This document shows, piece after piece, positions 26,301-40,239 of a DNA stretch of 64,000 nucleotides. The translations under genes were made by a program, and so were the position numbers. This DNA comes from the human T2T-CHM13v2.0 reference genome, Homo sapiens. Location: the NCBI RefSeq assembly GCF_009914755.1, contig NC_060928.1; one strand, 5' to 3'. Under the pieces are notes generated by a model, which searched no databases, was not told where the DNA came from, and saw nothing but the letters and a program-made list of their open reading frames with translations. Position 1 is the first letter of the stretch; each line of letters opens with the position of its first letter.

Positions 26301-28882
26301 ACTGCTGAAGTTGCTTATCAGCTTAAGGACCTTATGGGCTCAGATGATGGGGTTTTGTAGATATAGGATCATGTCATCTGTAAACAGAGACGGTTTGACT
26401 TCCTGTCTTCCTATTTAAATATGCTTTACTTATTTCTCTTGCCTAATTGCCCTGGCCAGAACTTCCAATATTATGTTGAATAGGAGTGGTGAGAGAGGGC
26501 ATCCTTGTCTTGTGCTGGCTTTCAAGGGGAATGCTTCCAGCTTTTGCCCATTTAGTATGATATTGGTTGCGGGTGTGTAATAAATGGCTGATTATTTTGA
26601 GGTATGTTCTATCAATACCTAGTTTATTGAGAGTTTTTAATATGAAGGGATGTTGAATTTTATCGAAGGCATTTTCCACATCTCTTGAGATAATTATGTG
26701 CTCTTTGTCTTTAGATCTGCTTATGTGATCAATTACATTTATTGATTTGCATATGTTGAACCAGCTTTGCATCCCAGGGATGAAGTCAGCTTGTTCGTGG
26801 TGCACAAGCTTTTTGATGTGCTGCTGGATTCAGTTTGCCAGTAATTTACTGAGGAGTTTTACATCACTGTTCATCAGGGATATTGGTCTGAAGTTTTCTT
26901 TCCCTGTTGTGTCTCTGCCAGGTTTTGGTATCAGGATGATGCTGGTCTCATAAAATGAGTTAGAGATTAGAACTTTTCGTCCTTTTCAATTGTTTGGGAC
27001 AGTTTTAGAAGAAATGGCACCAGCTCCTCTTTGTACCTCTGGTAGAATTCAGCTGTAAATTCACCTGGTCCTGAGATTTTTTTTGGTTGACAGACTATTT
27101 ATTACTGCCTCAATTTGAGAACTTGTTATTGGTCTATTCAGAGATTCAACTTCTTGCTGGTTTAGTCTTGGGAGGGTGAATGTGTCCAGGAATTTATCCA
27201 TTTCTTCTAGGTTTTCTGGTTTGTTTGCATGAGGTGTTTATAATATTCTCTGATGGCTGTTTATATTTCTGTGGGGTCAGTGGTGACATTCCCTTTATCA
27301 TTTTTATTTTTGTATTTGATTCTTCTCTCTTATTAGTCTAGCTAGCGGTCTATCTATTTTGTTATTTTTTTCAAAAAACCAGCTCCTGGATTCATTGTTT
27401 TTTGTTTTATTTTTGTTTTTGTTTTGAACCATGAAAAACTGATTTTCTAGGGAGAAAATAAAGCTACCTGCTGAAGAAATTTGAGTAAGAGAAGCTGAGT
27501 GTAAATAGTCAAGACAATGGGGAGAATTTCTCCAGAGCATTTCAGAGATCTTCACGGCAGCTCCTCTCATCATAGTCCTGGAAGCCTAGTAGGAAAAAAT
27601 GGTTTCTTGGGCCAGGTCCCACTGCTCTATGCAGCCTTGAGACATGGTACCCTGCATCCCAGGTGCTCCAGCTCCAGCCATCGCTAAAAGGGTCCCAGGT
27701 ACAGCTTGGGCCATTGCTTTGGAGGGTGTAAGCCCTAAGCCTTGGCAGCTTCCATGAGGTATTTGGCCTGCAGGTTGCCAGAAGACAAGAGTTGAACTTT
27801 GGGAGCCTCTGCCTAGATTTCAGAGGATATATGGAAATGTCTGGATGCAGAAGTCTGCTGCAGAAGCAGAACCCTCATGGTGAACCTCTATTAGGGCAAT
27901 GCAGATGGGAAATGTGGGGTTGGGACCCTCACACAGAGTTCACAACTGGGCACTGCCTAGTGGAGCTGTGAGAAGAGGACCACTGTCCCCCAGATTCCAG
28001 AATGGTAGATCCACTGACAGCTTGCACTGTGTGCCTGGAAAAGCTGCAGGTACTGAATGTCAGCCTGTGAAAGCAGCTGAGGGGGCTGTACCCTGCAGAG
28101 CCACATGAGTGGAGCTGCCTAAGGCTTCATGAGCTGACCTTTTGCATCAGCATGCCTTGAATGTGAGACATGGAGTCAAAGGAGATTATTTCCAGACTTT
28201 AAGATTTTATGCCTACCCCATTGGGTTTTGGATTTGCATGGGGACTGTGGCCCCTTTGTTTTGATAAATTTCTCCCATTTAGAACGGAAACATTTCCCCA
28301 ATACCTGTATCCCCACTGTATCTTAGAAGTAACTAACTTGTTTTTTATTTTACAGGCTCATAGATTGAAGGGACTTGCCTTGTCTCAGGTGAGACTTTGG
28401 ACTTGGACTTTCAAATTAATGCTGAAATGAGTTAAGACTTTGGGGGACCGTTGGAAGGAATGATTGGTTTTGAAATGTGAAAATGACAGGAGATTTGGGA
28501 ATGGCCAAGAGTGGAATAATATGGGTTGGCTCTGTGTCCCCACACAAATCTCATCTCTAATTATAATCCCCACGTGTCAGGGGATGGACTTGGTGGGAGA
28601 TTACTGAATCATGAGAGTAGATTTCTCCCTTGCTATTCTTGTGATAGTGAGTGAGCTCTCATGAGAGCTGATGGTTTTAAAATGTGTCACTTACCCTCTC
28701 ACTCTCTCTCTCTCCTGCCACTATGTAAGATATGCCTTGCTTCCCCTTCACCTCTGCCATGATTATAAGTTTTCTCAAACCTTTCCAGCCACGCAGAACT
28801 GTGAGTCAGTTAAATCTCTTTCCTCTATAAATTACCCATTCTCAGGTAATTCTTTATAGCAGTGTGAAAACAGATAAATACA
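23399..28882 (+). mobile_element. Complete MaLR provirus (MSTA/THE1D-type): 5' LTR 23399-23859, internal region, 3' LTR 28517-28882
   Basis: Two homologous LTRs. The internal region starts GAAAATTGGTAC and includes ORF 27899-28108 (GNVGLGPSHRV...LPSGAVRRGP...QNGRSTDSLH), typical MaLR-int translation. Perfect 5-bp TSD ATATC at 23394-23398 and 28883-28887. Confidence 0.92.
24423..27432 (-). mobile_element. ~3-kb 5'-truncated L1PA (approx. PA8-PA12) inserted in the MaLR internal region
   Basis: Antisense 3' UTR and ORF2 RT remnants ([22 protein letters not shown]; [26 protein letters not shown]). 16-bp TSD GAAAAACTGATTTTCT at 24407-24422 and 27433-27448. Confidence 0.93.
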
Positions 28883-30206
28883 ATATCTCATACAGGAAAC
28901 AGAAGCAGAGCTTTCTACTGCAATCCCTTTTCCCAAAGCAGGAAGTAAGTCTATTCAGCCTGAGGAGTCAAGTCTGTCAATTACTTAGCTATTGTTCCAA
29001 ATGTATATTCTCTACTTCTTTTCATCTTGTTGAATTATTGTATAGCATTAATATGAGTTGATTCATTATTTTAAAAAGGAGACATTCTCAAGGAATTAAA
29101 AGATCTTCCCAAATGTGTAAAATTTCTGATACATAACTGTAAAGCAAGTGATGTCCACCTGGATTACTTTTCAAATGCATGTAGAAGGACAGAGAATAAA
29201 TCAGATTGAATCTTTTCAATTAAATCTTTTAGCCACAGCAGAACTCAGGTCTATGAGTGATAGAAGGCCAATTCCAATTAGTACCTAAAGCAGATTTTTC
29301 CAAAATCTCTTCAGCAACCTTATTTGTAAAGGAGAGTCATTTAAGGGAAATAATTCACCATATTTTCACCATTAAGAGAAAGAAAGAAAGTATCTAGTGT
29401 CTGGGCCAAATGTTTTCTTTGAGAGTTTTGGTAACTTGCCACCCCATAAGGTAGGAAAAGTTGTCTTTGCCAAGAAATGGTCACAGCATTATGTTACAAA
29501 CCACTCATTGGAAAGAGGCTAGCATCAGTGAAGGTTTGGCCTTAGGGCTAAGGCTTATTCTCATCCTTTATAGTAACGTAACTCAACTGTGCAGAACCAC
29601 TTTTTATTTAGCTCTGTATGACATTAAACATAGATCTTAGATAACTTTCATCTTTAGACACGGTAAGAAGGGGCAGTCAAATAAACGTTTAGACTGACTA
29701 ATGCGCTTGACAGACTCGGAGACTTCATAGTCAGCAGGGGAGTTACTCTGCCAAAAATCAAATGAATCAAAGAACTTGCCAAGGAACCAGCTAGCAGGGA
29801 GGGGGTTTGTGGGCAGCCGCCATAGAGCCCAAGTCTGCTCCTAGAAAATCTGTTCAAGAGCTTGGCATCTGGGTGTTAGCTTGCCAGCTGCCAAGTGTGT
29901 GGCCACAGCTGTTAGTTTGGAGGGAGAAGCTGAAAGTACACAAGGGCAAAAGGGAAGTGTGGTCAAGAACACAAGAGACAACAACGCCAAATAGGTCTTA
30001 AAGGCAAAGAGGTTTGTTTTCTTGCTGTCTTAATATTTGACAACTTTTGAGAAGAGGTGGTCAGGCTTTTTCAAGTTTTTATAATGTACTATAGAGAAAA
30101 AAGCACACAATTGAAACGAATTCTCCAATAGTCTTTGAAAATAACACCCGTGGTATTTTAGCCAATCCAAAACTGTGTAGCAGGCAAAGATAGTTTGGCT
30201 GCTCTT

Positions 30207-30271
30207 TCTCTTTTTCTATAATCACAATCTCTTTTTCTATAATCTTTTTCTATAATCTCTTTTTCTATAAT
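30207..30271. repeat. Short tandem repeat, 4 copies of (TC)TCTTTTTCTATAA
   Basis: TCTTTTTCTATAAT occurs four times in 65 bp. Confidence 0.85.
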
Positions 30272-31341
30272 GCTAATGTAATGTAAACCTATAGCAGTTC
30301 AATGATCCCTTCCAGTGCTGTGCTTATACTTTTCCTCTGAGGTTAAGCCCTAGAAGATAAGCCTTTTTCCTTATGTCATTCATACAATCAAAATCAATCC
30401 TTCAGAAGCTTCATTTTTACATATCTATTTTCTGTTCTAGAATTGTTACACAATAAGGTATATTATTATTATTGTTAAGGGTTTTATATTAACAAAAGCA
30501 TCTGCCTATTTCTGGGTCTGTCAATACCCTTGAGTTTTGAAGGAAAATATAATAAAATGTGGATTACTAAATCCAAAGTAGCCCCCTCTGTAATGTTTAA
30601 GGCAATAAAGATCAGAATCGGACTCCCTTTGGAAACCCTTAATGATGTGTAGGAGCTTAAAATGTGTAGCAGATTTATCAGATTCTATTGCCAGACTTTC
30701 CTTCATTAGGTACCATGTCATCTGAAAATAATCTGAATATCTTGGAGACATTCACACTTTGGGTTCTCCTCTTAAAATGTGGTGAAGGTAACTATTCATC
30801 TAAAGAGTTCAGAAAAATCTAAGTTCACATGAGAAAGACAAGATCCAAAGGCAGATAATCCTGTCTAGCTTAATCAAGGACACCCACCTCGGCCATTCAG
30901 GAACACCATGATCAAAAACTTTCCCATAATGCCTTAGGAGACAACACACTCTCTTCTTTATAATGTTCTTTGTGAATATTTAAGCTAATATTTAAGAGCA
31001 ATGTTTATTTTTAATAAAAGTACATTTAGTTACTACTTGCTACTTTAGGCCCATCATTTTTTCAACTTGCTAAAGATTTTTTTCCAGATGGACGTCTGTA
31101 CTTTTAGTTATTTTAAAAAGCAAATTTACCTCTGAGAACAAGGAAAAATTAAATTAATAGGGTATTTGGGGAAGTTCAGATAGTCTAGAGAGTGAGGTAA
31201 GGGTACAAGTCTCACAGGAAGATTAAAATAGTTTTGTTCTTCATCTGCTTAAGTAAAAAATAACAACAATAATTTACTGTGTACCTAGAATGCACAAAGC
31301 ACTACGGTTACCAAAATGGATAAGGCACTTCCTTTCCTTGA

Positions 31342-31720
<379 letters not shown>

Positions 31721-33317
31721 ACACAAAGCATGTTTAAGTGAGGTTCTCATTTGAGGCTTAGAGTTATCCAGCAATCTGGATACTAATTCCATTTAGCCTG
31801 ACATTAAATTTCATAAATCTATTTTATTGATGAAAATGAATTATAATTGTAAATCAGCCTTAATACAGTAATACCATACATATCATACATCTTATGCCCA
31901 TAAAGTGGTTTCATGGTGATAATTTAGGTGTGTTATTCTCAATTTGTTTGTAGCCCTGTATCAAATATCATTTCTTTTTATGCCATATTAATGTTCAGAT
32001 CCCAATTTACTCAGCATTTTGAATGCAACAATATTTTAAGAAAAACATTGTGTATATTCTCTTTCCCCACCCGCTGCCCCCACCTCTACTTTTAAACTAT
32101 GCATTAGCCCATTAAGCATTAAAAATATTTATTTGTCAAAGGGGAGATTAGGAGTTGTTAAAGAATGAAGGCATAGAGAAAGATGAGGTAATAGTTCACT
32201 TCTGGAATATGAAAACAGAAATTTGAAATAAGAAAACAGATTATTATCTTGACAAAGGAATGCCTAACAAAATTATTTTTCTTTTTTTTTTTTAGTTTGC
32301 CAAGGTCCGAGTCTAAAAGATAAGGTTTATTGAATTCCTCTATTAAAAACAACCCATTTTGCTTCTAATAGCAAATTAAGGAAACACACTGCTCAATGCT
32401 AGAGGCAGATAGCAAATATTATATAGGCAGTGATAATTACAGATATCTAACAGTGGTTACAGCACAGTCTCTGCTTATTCAGAGTAGACACTGGCCATTC
32501 CAGGCAGCCCTAGACTGTACTTGCTAAGTCAGAATTAATTCTTTTGTTTCTGGATGACAAGTAAATCCAATGGGTGTCAAAGAGAGGACTGGATGTTTGG
32601 GTGGCTTATGGGCTTTGGGAATATCACAGAAATGGCTATTTGTCAAACTGTATGGAAGTATTTCAATATTTTATCAACTGCTTGATCATACTGTTGCGTG
32701 CCATTTGAAGGGAAGAAATGTTATACATATTAAATAAATGAATAAGATAATCTACTGCTTTGATGAAAATAAAACATAGAAATGGCATGAGAGACTAATC
32801 ATGAGCTTTAGATTTGAGTCTCTAAATTGGTGACATTTAAATTGAAATCTGGATGACAAGAAGGAAAGAACACTGCAAAACTGTTGGGAAGAACACTTTA
32901 GGGGATGTGGCCAGCAGGTATACTATGAAATTTTTTTGTTAATTTAAAAATTAAAATGAAAATCAGCATTAGAGCAGATATAGTCGTAAGTTCCTTACCA
33001 CTTAGCAATTAATATGAAAAGAATATATAATGACAATGCTGGGGTAAAAGAAATGGAAAAAAGAACTGAAGCAGAAGGAAAGCTGTCAACATGGGAAAGC
33101 TTAGAGAATTATGGTTATAAGTATAACATACTATAGAAATTTGAAGTCAATCTAACTTCTCTATGATAGGTCATTAATTATAATTGTTTAAATTATATAT
33201 ATAATTTTAAATTTTTAAGAAAGCCTTTGATAGAAGAATTGTATGTGAATCAGATGCCTAATTTCCAAGGTGCCAAGTATGAGCCTTTTGACTCATGAGT
33301 GTGTTCAAGTATGAGGT

Positions 33318-33982
33318 TGTTAATGTAATTGCAAACCCTTGGTTCATAGTCTCTTGAATTCAGGCTCTTGACAATGAATCCTCTAACAAACCTGGGCTTG
33401 GCCATGCAGTCTGCTTTGGCCAAGCAAATACAATGCAACAAAGACTGTAAAAGTTTTTGCAGATTGGGACTTTCTTTTGCTGCTTTAATTCTGAGATCAT
33501 CATGTGAAGAAATCCAGCTAGCCTGCTAAAGAATAAGGGGCCGCTTGGAGCAAAGAAGCTCTCTGAGACAACCAGATTAAGCAGCCAGCCTACCACAGGT
33601 TTTTCTGAGCCAGCCATGAAGAAAGAGAGAGAGAGAGTGAGTCTCCCTCTATCACCCAGGATGGAGTGCATTGGTGAGATCTCAGCTCACTGTAACCTCT
33701 GCCTCCCTGGTTCAAGCAATTATCCCACCTCAGCTTCCTGAGTAGCTGGCATTACAGGTGCCCACCACCACACCTAGCTAATTTTTGTATTTCTAGTAGA
33801 GATGGGTTTTTGCCACGTTGGCCAGGCTTGTCTCAAACTCCTGGTCTCAAGTGATCCAACCACCTCGACCTCCCAAAATGCTGGGATTACAAGCATGAGC
33901 CACCGTGTTCGTACCAGCGCTTGTTATTTCAAGTCACTAAGTTTTGTGTTGGTTTCTTGCACAGCAAAAGCTGACAGCTACA
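33318..33982 (+). mobile_element. Old MLT1 (F/G/H-type) LTR interrupted by an Alu
   Basis: CTGGGCTTGGCCATG...TGCTTTGGCCAA and terminal GTTATTTCAAGTCACTAAGTTTTG...TTGCACAGCAAAAGCTGACAGCTACA. Confidence 0.6.
33632..33915 (-). mobile_element. AluS/J lacking a poly(A) tail
   Basis: Alu dimer sequence whose 3' end abuts a (GA)n run instead of poly(T). Confidence 0.88.
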
Positions 33983-34770
33983 TGGACAAAGGAGAAAAAA
34001 GTGTGAGTAGCAAGTATCTCATATAAAAATGAAGCAGATAGTGACAAAACAAAAAATCTCTAGAAGCCTGGATCCTGAGGTAGTAACTACATCACTAACA
34101 AGAAAAACTGCTGATACATATAATGCACTTCAATTATAATTCAAGAAAAATTATATAAGTAGTATAAGTTTTGTGCCAGGCATTGTGCTAGGTATAAAAA
34201 TAAATGCCCCTTCTGTCAAGGAGCTCAGGGGTTAGGGATGAAACTCACACAGATGCAGGGGGTAGGGAGGGTGGTGAAGGCTTTACTGTTAATAAATTAT
34301 TTCAACTTCATGTCAGTTTCCACAGACCAGGATCCACCAACTGTGGGTTTTTAAAAATTGTGAATTAAACCACATTTCTTTTTTCTCCTTTGAAAATAGT
34401 TCTTTGTCTCCCAAATTAATTATACTATTTTTAGCATATATGTAAATATTTGAAATGCTTACAAATTAGTCCTCTTCACAGAGTTTAGAAAAAGACAGCT
34501 TTTAGGAATGACTATGAGTGATTTTAGAGGCTAATGACTGAAAATATCGTACCCATGATTTACCAGGTATCTTTAACTCTCCTACTCCTTTTACCCTTTC
34601 TTACCTTCTACAATGGGAGACTGGCTAAAAGAATGAGTACATCTTCCTCATCTACTCTGTCCTCTCAAAGCGGACATTGGAACAGAATAAGAATGGCTGT
34701 AAACAACAACAACAACAAAAACAACCATTATAAGGAATATAAACTGGCAATCTTCTTCTTTGTAATATGG

Positions 34771-34771
<1 letters not shown>

Positions 34772-34804
<33 letters not shown>
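34772..34804. repeat. (TA)n microsatellite
   Basis: About 16 perfect TA units. Confidence 0.95.
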
Positions 34805-34807
<3 letters not shown>

Positions 34808-36173
34808 ACCATTTTCTTTCTCAAAAACAATAAACTACGATCCTTCCTGGTCATGGTATTCTCTACCCAAAAACACACACAGATTCTTCTTTGCAGTTCT
34901 ACAAAGGCGTGTGAGGATATGGGGTCACTTAAAAGCACAAGTAGGAAACCAAAAAGTTACTGTTTTCCACAGATTTTTGACCTTTCTCTCCTGTAGTTGC
35001 AGCTACTCCAATGGTACCAGGAACCATTTAGAGTCCATAACAGCATTTCTTCCCCATTATCTGGCATTCCCATCTTATGCTCTAGATCACCTCCCCAAGT
35101 TATTGTTTGCAGATTGTTTACATTATTTAAGGTCTATTTTTTCAAAGGTCTTATTTATTTTATAAATGTAACACTAGGTTTTTATTTTGATGGATTAAAT
35201 ACACTGTAATAATTTGAGTTTCTCATGGAATTCAATCAGAAGAAATTAGGCTTGTCACTTGCTTTTCTATTTTTTTAGCTGTATTTCTCTGAAGGAATAT
35301 AGGTGTTTTTGTCTTCTTTTTATCTTTATAGGCTTATAGCAATTCATGATCTGTTCCAAAAATTGGGTAAAAAATCAAAACTTAAGTAAAATATTAGGAA
35401 ATGGAATATTTTTAAATATGCATACTTATAGGATGAAGACAAAATATACTGCTAAGAAGGACTAACTGCAGGCATAATTATAAATAAATGAATTTTAAAT
35501 GTTCATCCCCTTTGTCCTATTTACCCTATCTCACTGGGCACTTCTCAGTTTCACAGGATCAGAATTATGCCCCCAATTTGCTTTGGGCTCCTCAGTGTGA
35601 TGACTTATTGGATCCTATATTTTAATTTCATTATAAACATTAAAATTATTTCCATATAATTTTCCCACTAATTCCCATTTTTGCAGGATCATTTCATGAA
35701 AAATATGCATGAGGTAATTTGAGGCAAGACACAATTATTATTATCTATACTCTTCACTACTTTTCACCCAGTGCCTAACACTATACCCTGAATATATATG
35801 GCCACTAATAAACACTTGTTGAATAATCATCTGATTCTTTTTGCATTTTAAATTTCCTACTCCCAGAAACAAAAGAAAGTTATATAAATTCCTATGTGAA
35901 AAAGATTTTCAGTTGTAAGGAGCAAGGCTATTTACAATAGTTGCCCCAGCATACATGTCCAGAGGTCACTCTCCACACTGTGATCTATGGCTCCTCCATC
36001 TGTGGAGTCATCATGGTCAATCTGAAATTACTCTATTGCAGTTTAAAGTCCCTTAAACTTAAATTTGAAAAGTTCAAATATATGAAAGAATACTTATCTC
36101 ACACCAGTGTAGGAAGAAAAGTAGGTCCTCACCAATGTCTGGGATTGAGAACTGGGAGTTCAGGGAGGGGCTT

Positions 36174-36182
36174 CAAGATGGC
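36174..36182 (+). promoter_or_regulatory. YY1-type motif of the L1 internal promoter (CAAGATGGC)
   Basis: AAGATGGC lies ~10 nt inside the L1 5' end, the conserved position of the L1 YY1 site. Activity is unknown. Confidence 0.5.
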
Positions 36183-36980
36183 TGACTAGAGGCACCCATC
36201 ACTCACCTCCTCCACAAGGAGACACAAAAATGGTGAGTAGATAATCACACATTGAATACAATGTCTATGAGAAAATACTGGAATTCATCAGGGAAGTGAC
36301 AAGGAACTGTTGAGGCACTGAAGGAGAATAAAGCAAAGCAACCAGCCTTGCCAGAATTAGCTGAGAGCCAGGAAAAACTGCCCAGTCTGAGGAAACAGTA
36401 AGACCAGAATGTAGACCAGTGGACCACATTCCCATCATGGACTCCTGTGATCCTAGCCATGGGAGAGCCCCTCAGCCATTAAAGGCCCTAAGATTAGTAT
36501 AGGAAGCTGCTTGGAGTTTTCCCAAGACATTGTGCTAGAGGGGGATTTTGTGCTGGGTCCCACACACTCTACCCCAAGACCCAAGCAGTTGTAGCACAGC
36601 ACCAGTTTGAGTGCCCAGTTACTACCAGATGTCATCCTCCCATACAGTCCAACAGCCCCTACATCTCCACATTCCTAGAGCTCCACTTACATCCACTCAC
36701 ACCACCCAGAGGGCCTCAGCATCATGATGCTGGCTATTCTCAGTGGTGTGACTGAGTACCCAGCACCAGCCCATGAAGTGTCCTAAATCCCCTAAAAAGG
36801 ATGGTGCAGCATTCCAGGGAGGCTGCCCTAGGGATAAAAGGTGCCAAAGCCTCCCCAGAATGTGAAAGCCACCTACCGAGGGCTGCTGCCACTGACAGCA
36901 GTATACCCCGCAGCAGCAGAGCCAGTGAGCACTTGCACCAGCACCTTCAGTGGGCCTGGGGATCACCCCACCCTCCCCAC

Positions 36981-37598
36981 TGTTATAGAACCAACAGGTT
37001 TATATTCCCACTGTGCAGTAACAGACATATTACACTAAGACAGCAGAGTTGGTAGCAGAGAAAGAATGTAATGATCACAGGGCACTGAGTGAGAGGGCTG
37101 GGGGAGTCCCTCAAATCTGCCTCTCTAAGGAGTCCTAGGATAGAGTTTTTAAAGGGATTTTGGAGAGCAAGGGGCTGGAAAATTGGGTTGTTGATTGATT
37201 GGGACAAGGGGCATAAAGTCATCAGGATAGGAAAACTGCATTCTTTGGTGAGTCAGCTTATTATGGGGTCCCTCAGACCAGCTGAGCCAGTGAAGTCCTT
37301 TAGACCAGCTGATGTAATAGTTTCATTTGTACATACAACTTGAAGGAATGTCTCAAAGGGAAAACTTAACGCTTCATACTGTTCAAGTTGTTTTCTATGG
37401 GGAAATTAAGGGGAACTATAATCTTGTAACATGATCTACATGATTCTAGGAAAATAGGCACCAAGTAACTATGAGGAAGCAGGTCAGAGAGTAAGCTGAT
37501 CTAATGATTAATATGAAATGAGCTGCAAGCTTGGTTTATTTTTGTTCCCCCTCCCTTCTTCCCTGATTAATTTCATAAAGTTCATAGGGGTGGTTTTG
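36981..37598 (-). mobile_element. ERV1 solo LTR (LTR26-like) in the L1MA 5' UTR
   Basis: Reverse complement begins CAAAACCACCCCTATGAACTTTATGAAATTAATCAGGGAAGAAGGGAGGGG and ends ...AACA. 4-bp TSD CCAC at 36977-36980 and 37599-37602. Family name is from memory. Confidence 0.78.
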
Positions 37599-39855
37599 CC
37601 ACCACAGCTTGTACCTGTATGCCCAATCATGGGACCTGACAATAGGCCCAGCTACCTGGCACCACCCTGCCAGAGCCCAGATATGCTGTCTGGGGGCCTA
37701 AGGATCATCCCACCCTCTCTGCCACTTCTGGCACATGCTTGAACTATAAAGGGCCTTAAAAACAAACCCAACCCACTTGCCACAATCACCCAAGCCTACT
37801 CTCTGGGGACTAGAAATTGCCCAACTCTTGCCCATCACAGCCTGACCCATGCAAAGCATTGGGGGGCCTAAAGACAAACTCACCTTACTCAAAGCCACTC
37901 CTGCAAGGGCCAGCATGTTGTCCAGAGACCAGATGATCAATCTGTACTGCTCGTTGCCACCAGAACTCATGCACACCTTGCCGGAGCCTACACCACTCAC
38001 CAGCACTGATGTCTGACATATGCACACACCTCCTGGGAGCATGAAGAAGGAACAGCTCAGCCTGCCACCACCACTGCCACCAGCACTCAGCCATACAAGG
38101 CATCTGGGGGCCTAAGGGTCTGGGGACTGGCCAGCCCAACCCACCACTGGCACTTGCACATGTTGCCTGAGGCCCAAGCGTTGGCCCATCACCACTACAG
38201 CTATTGCATGCTCACCACCCACGGGCTTAAAGAAAAGCCCACCTACCTGACCCATCACTGTCACTGCTGGCACCTGAGCAAGCTCCCTGGAAGCCCAAAG
38301 ATAGACCTGCCTAGACCTAGGAACACCAGTGCCTGTGTACACCACTTGGGGTTCCAAGGATGGGCATGCTCAGCCTGTGGCTATCACCACCAGCCCACTT
38401 GGCAGTCCCATCCCCAACAAAACCTCCCCAGAGCCTCCATTAACAACTGCAGTCTGCCATCGAGGGACTCACAGACATCACTGACAATTTTCATAGCCCA
38501 AAATACCATATAGAGACTACACTAATGCATGCACTCAAAATCAAAGCTAAAGCACCCTACCCAACCAACACTAATGGTACCTCTAGAGGAAAAAGTCTTT
38601 TCCCACAAAAGCCTATCCAAAAAAGTGAAGGTTATACCCGATGTGCAAATACCAATGTAAGGACACACACACACACACACCACAAAAAAGCAAAGAAACA
38701 TATTACCTCCAAATTAACATGATAGTTCTCCAGCAACAGATTTAAACAAAAAAGAAATCTATGTAATGCCTGAAAAAAGAATTCAAAATAATGATATTAA
38801 AAGAAGCTTAACAAGATACAAGAGAACATTGAAAAACAACACAAAGAAATCAGAAAAACAATATATGATCTGAATGAGAAATTCAACAAATTGGTAGACA
38901 TCATGAAAAATGGCCAAATAGAAATCCTGGACTGAATGAAATAAAAAATACAACTGAGAGCTTAAAAAATAGAATAGATCAAGCAGAAGAATTTCTGAAC
39001 TTAAAGACAAGTCTTTTGAAATAACTCACTCAGACAAAAAAAAAGAGAAAAAATGAAGAAAGCCTACATGACATATGGGACAACAATATAATGCAAGAAA
39101 ATATTTGAATTTTGGGTTTTCCTGGAAGAGGATGGCAAAGGCATAGAAAACCTATTTAACAAAATGATTCCTGAAAATTCCCAAGTCTTGCAAGAGATAC
39201 AGAAATTCATATACAGGAATCTCACAGAATTGTAAATATATTTAATCCAAAAAGATCTTCTCCAAGTAATATTATAGTCAAACTATCAAAAGTCCAAGAG
39301 AATTCTAAAAACATCAACAGAAAAACCGTCAAGTCAAATATAAAGAAAATCAGACAAACACCAGATTTCTCACAAAAACCTTACAGGCCAGGATAGAATG
39401 AGATAATATGTTTAAAATGCTGAAAGAAAAATTTTCAATCAAGAATGCAATACCCAGCAAAGTTTTCCTTCATAGGCAAAAGATAAATAAACTATTCCCC
39501 AGACAAGCAAAAGCAAAGGCAATTTATGACCACTAGAATGTTCCTACAAGAATTGCTTAAGGGAATTCTACACCTGGAAGTGAAAGGACAATATCCACCT
39601 TTATGAAAGCACATAATAATATAAAGCTCACAGGTAGAGCAGACACACAAATAGGAAGAAGAAAGAACTCAAATGTGAACACTACAGAAAACCATCAAAT
39701 TGCAATTTGACAAATAATAAGAAGAAAGGAGGGAACAAAGAAAATACAAAACAACCAGAAAACAATAATACAACAGAAACAAAACCTCATATATTGATAG
39801 TAACCTGGAATGTAAACAGAATAAATTGCCCACTTAAAATATATAAACTGCCTGA

Positions 39856-40239
<384 letters not shown>

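Noticed and set aside
34534-35209. 99-132 aa ORFs
   Set aside because: They run through (AAC)n and (TA)n microsatellites, with low-complexity translation and no recognisable domain.
37600-38420. Recurrent GGGGGCCTAAG-type units resembling an array, plus GC-rich ORFs
   Set aside because: These are degenerate internal repeats of the old L1 5' UTR, without constant repeat/unique spacer structure. Not CRISPR.
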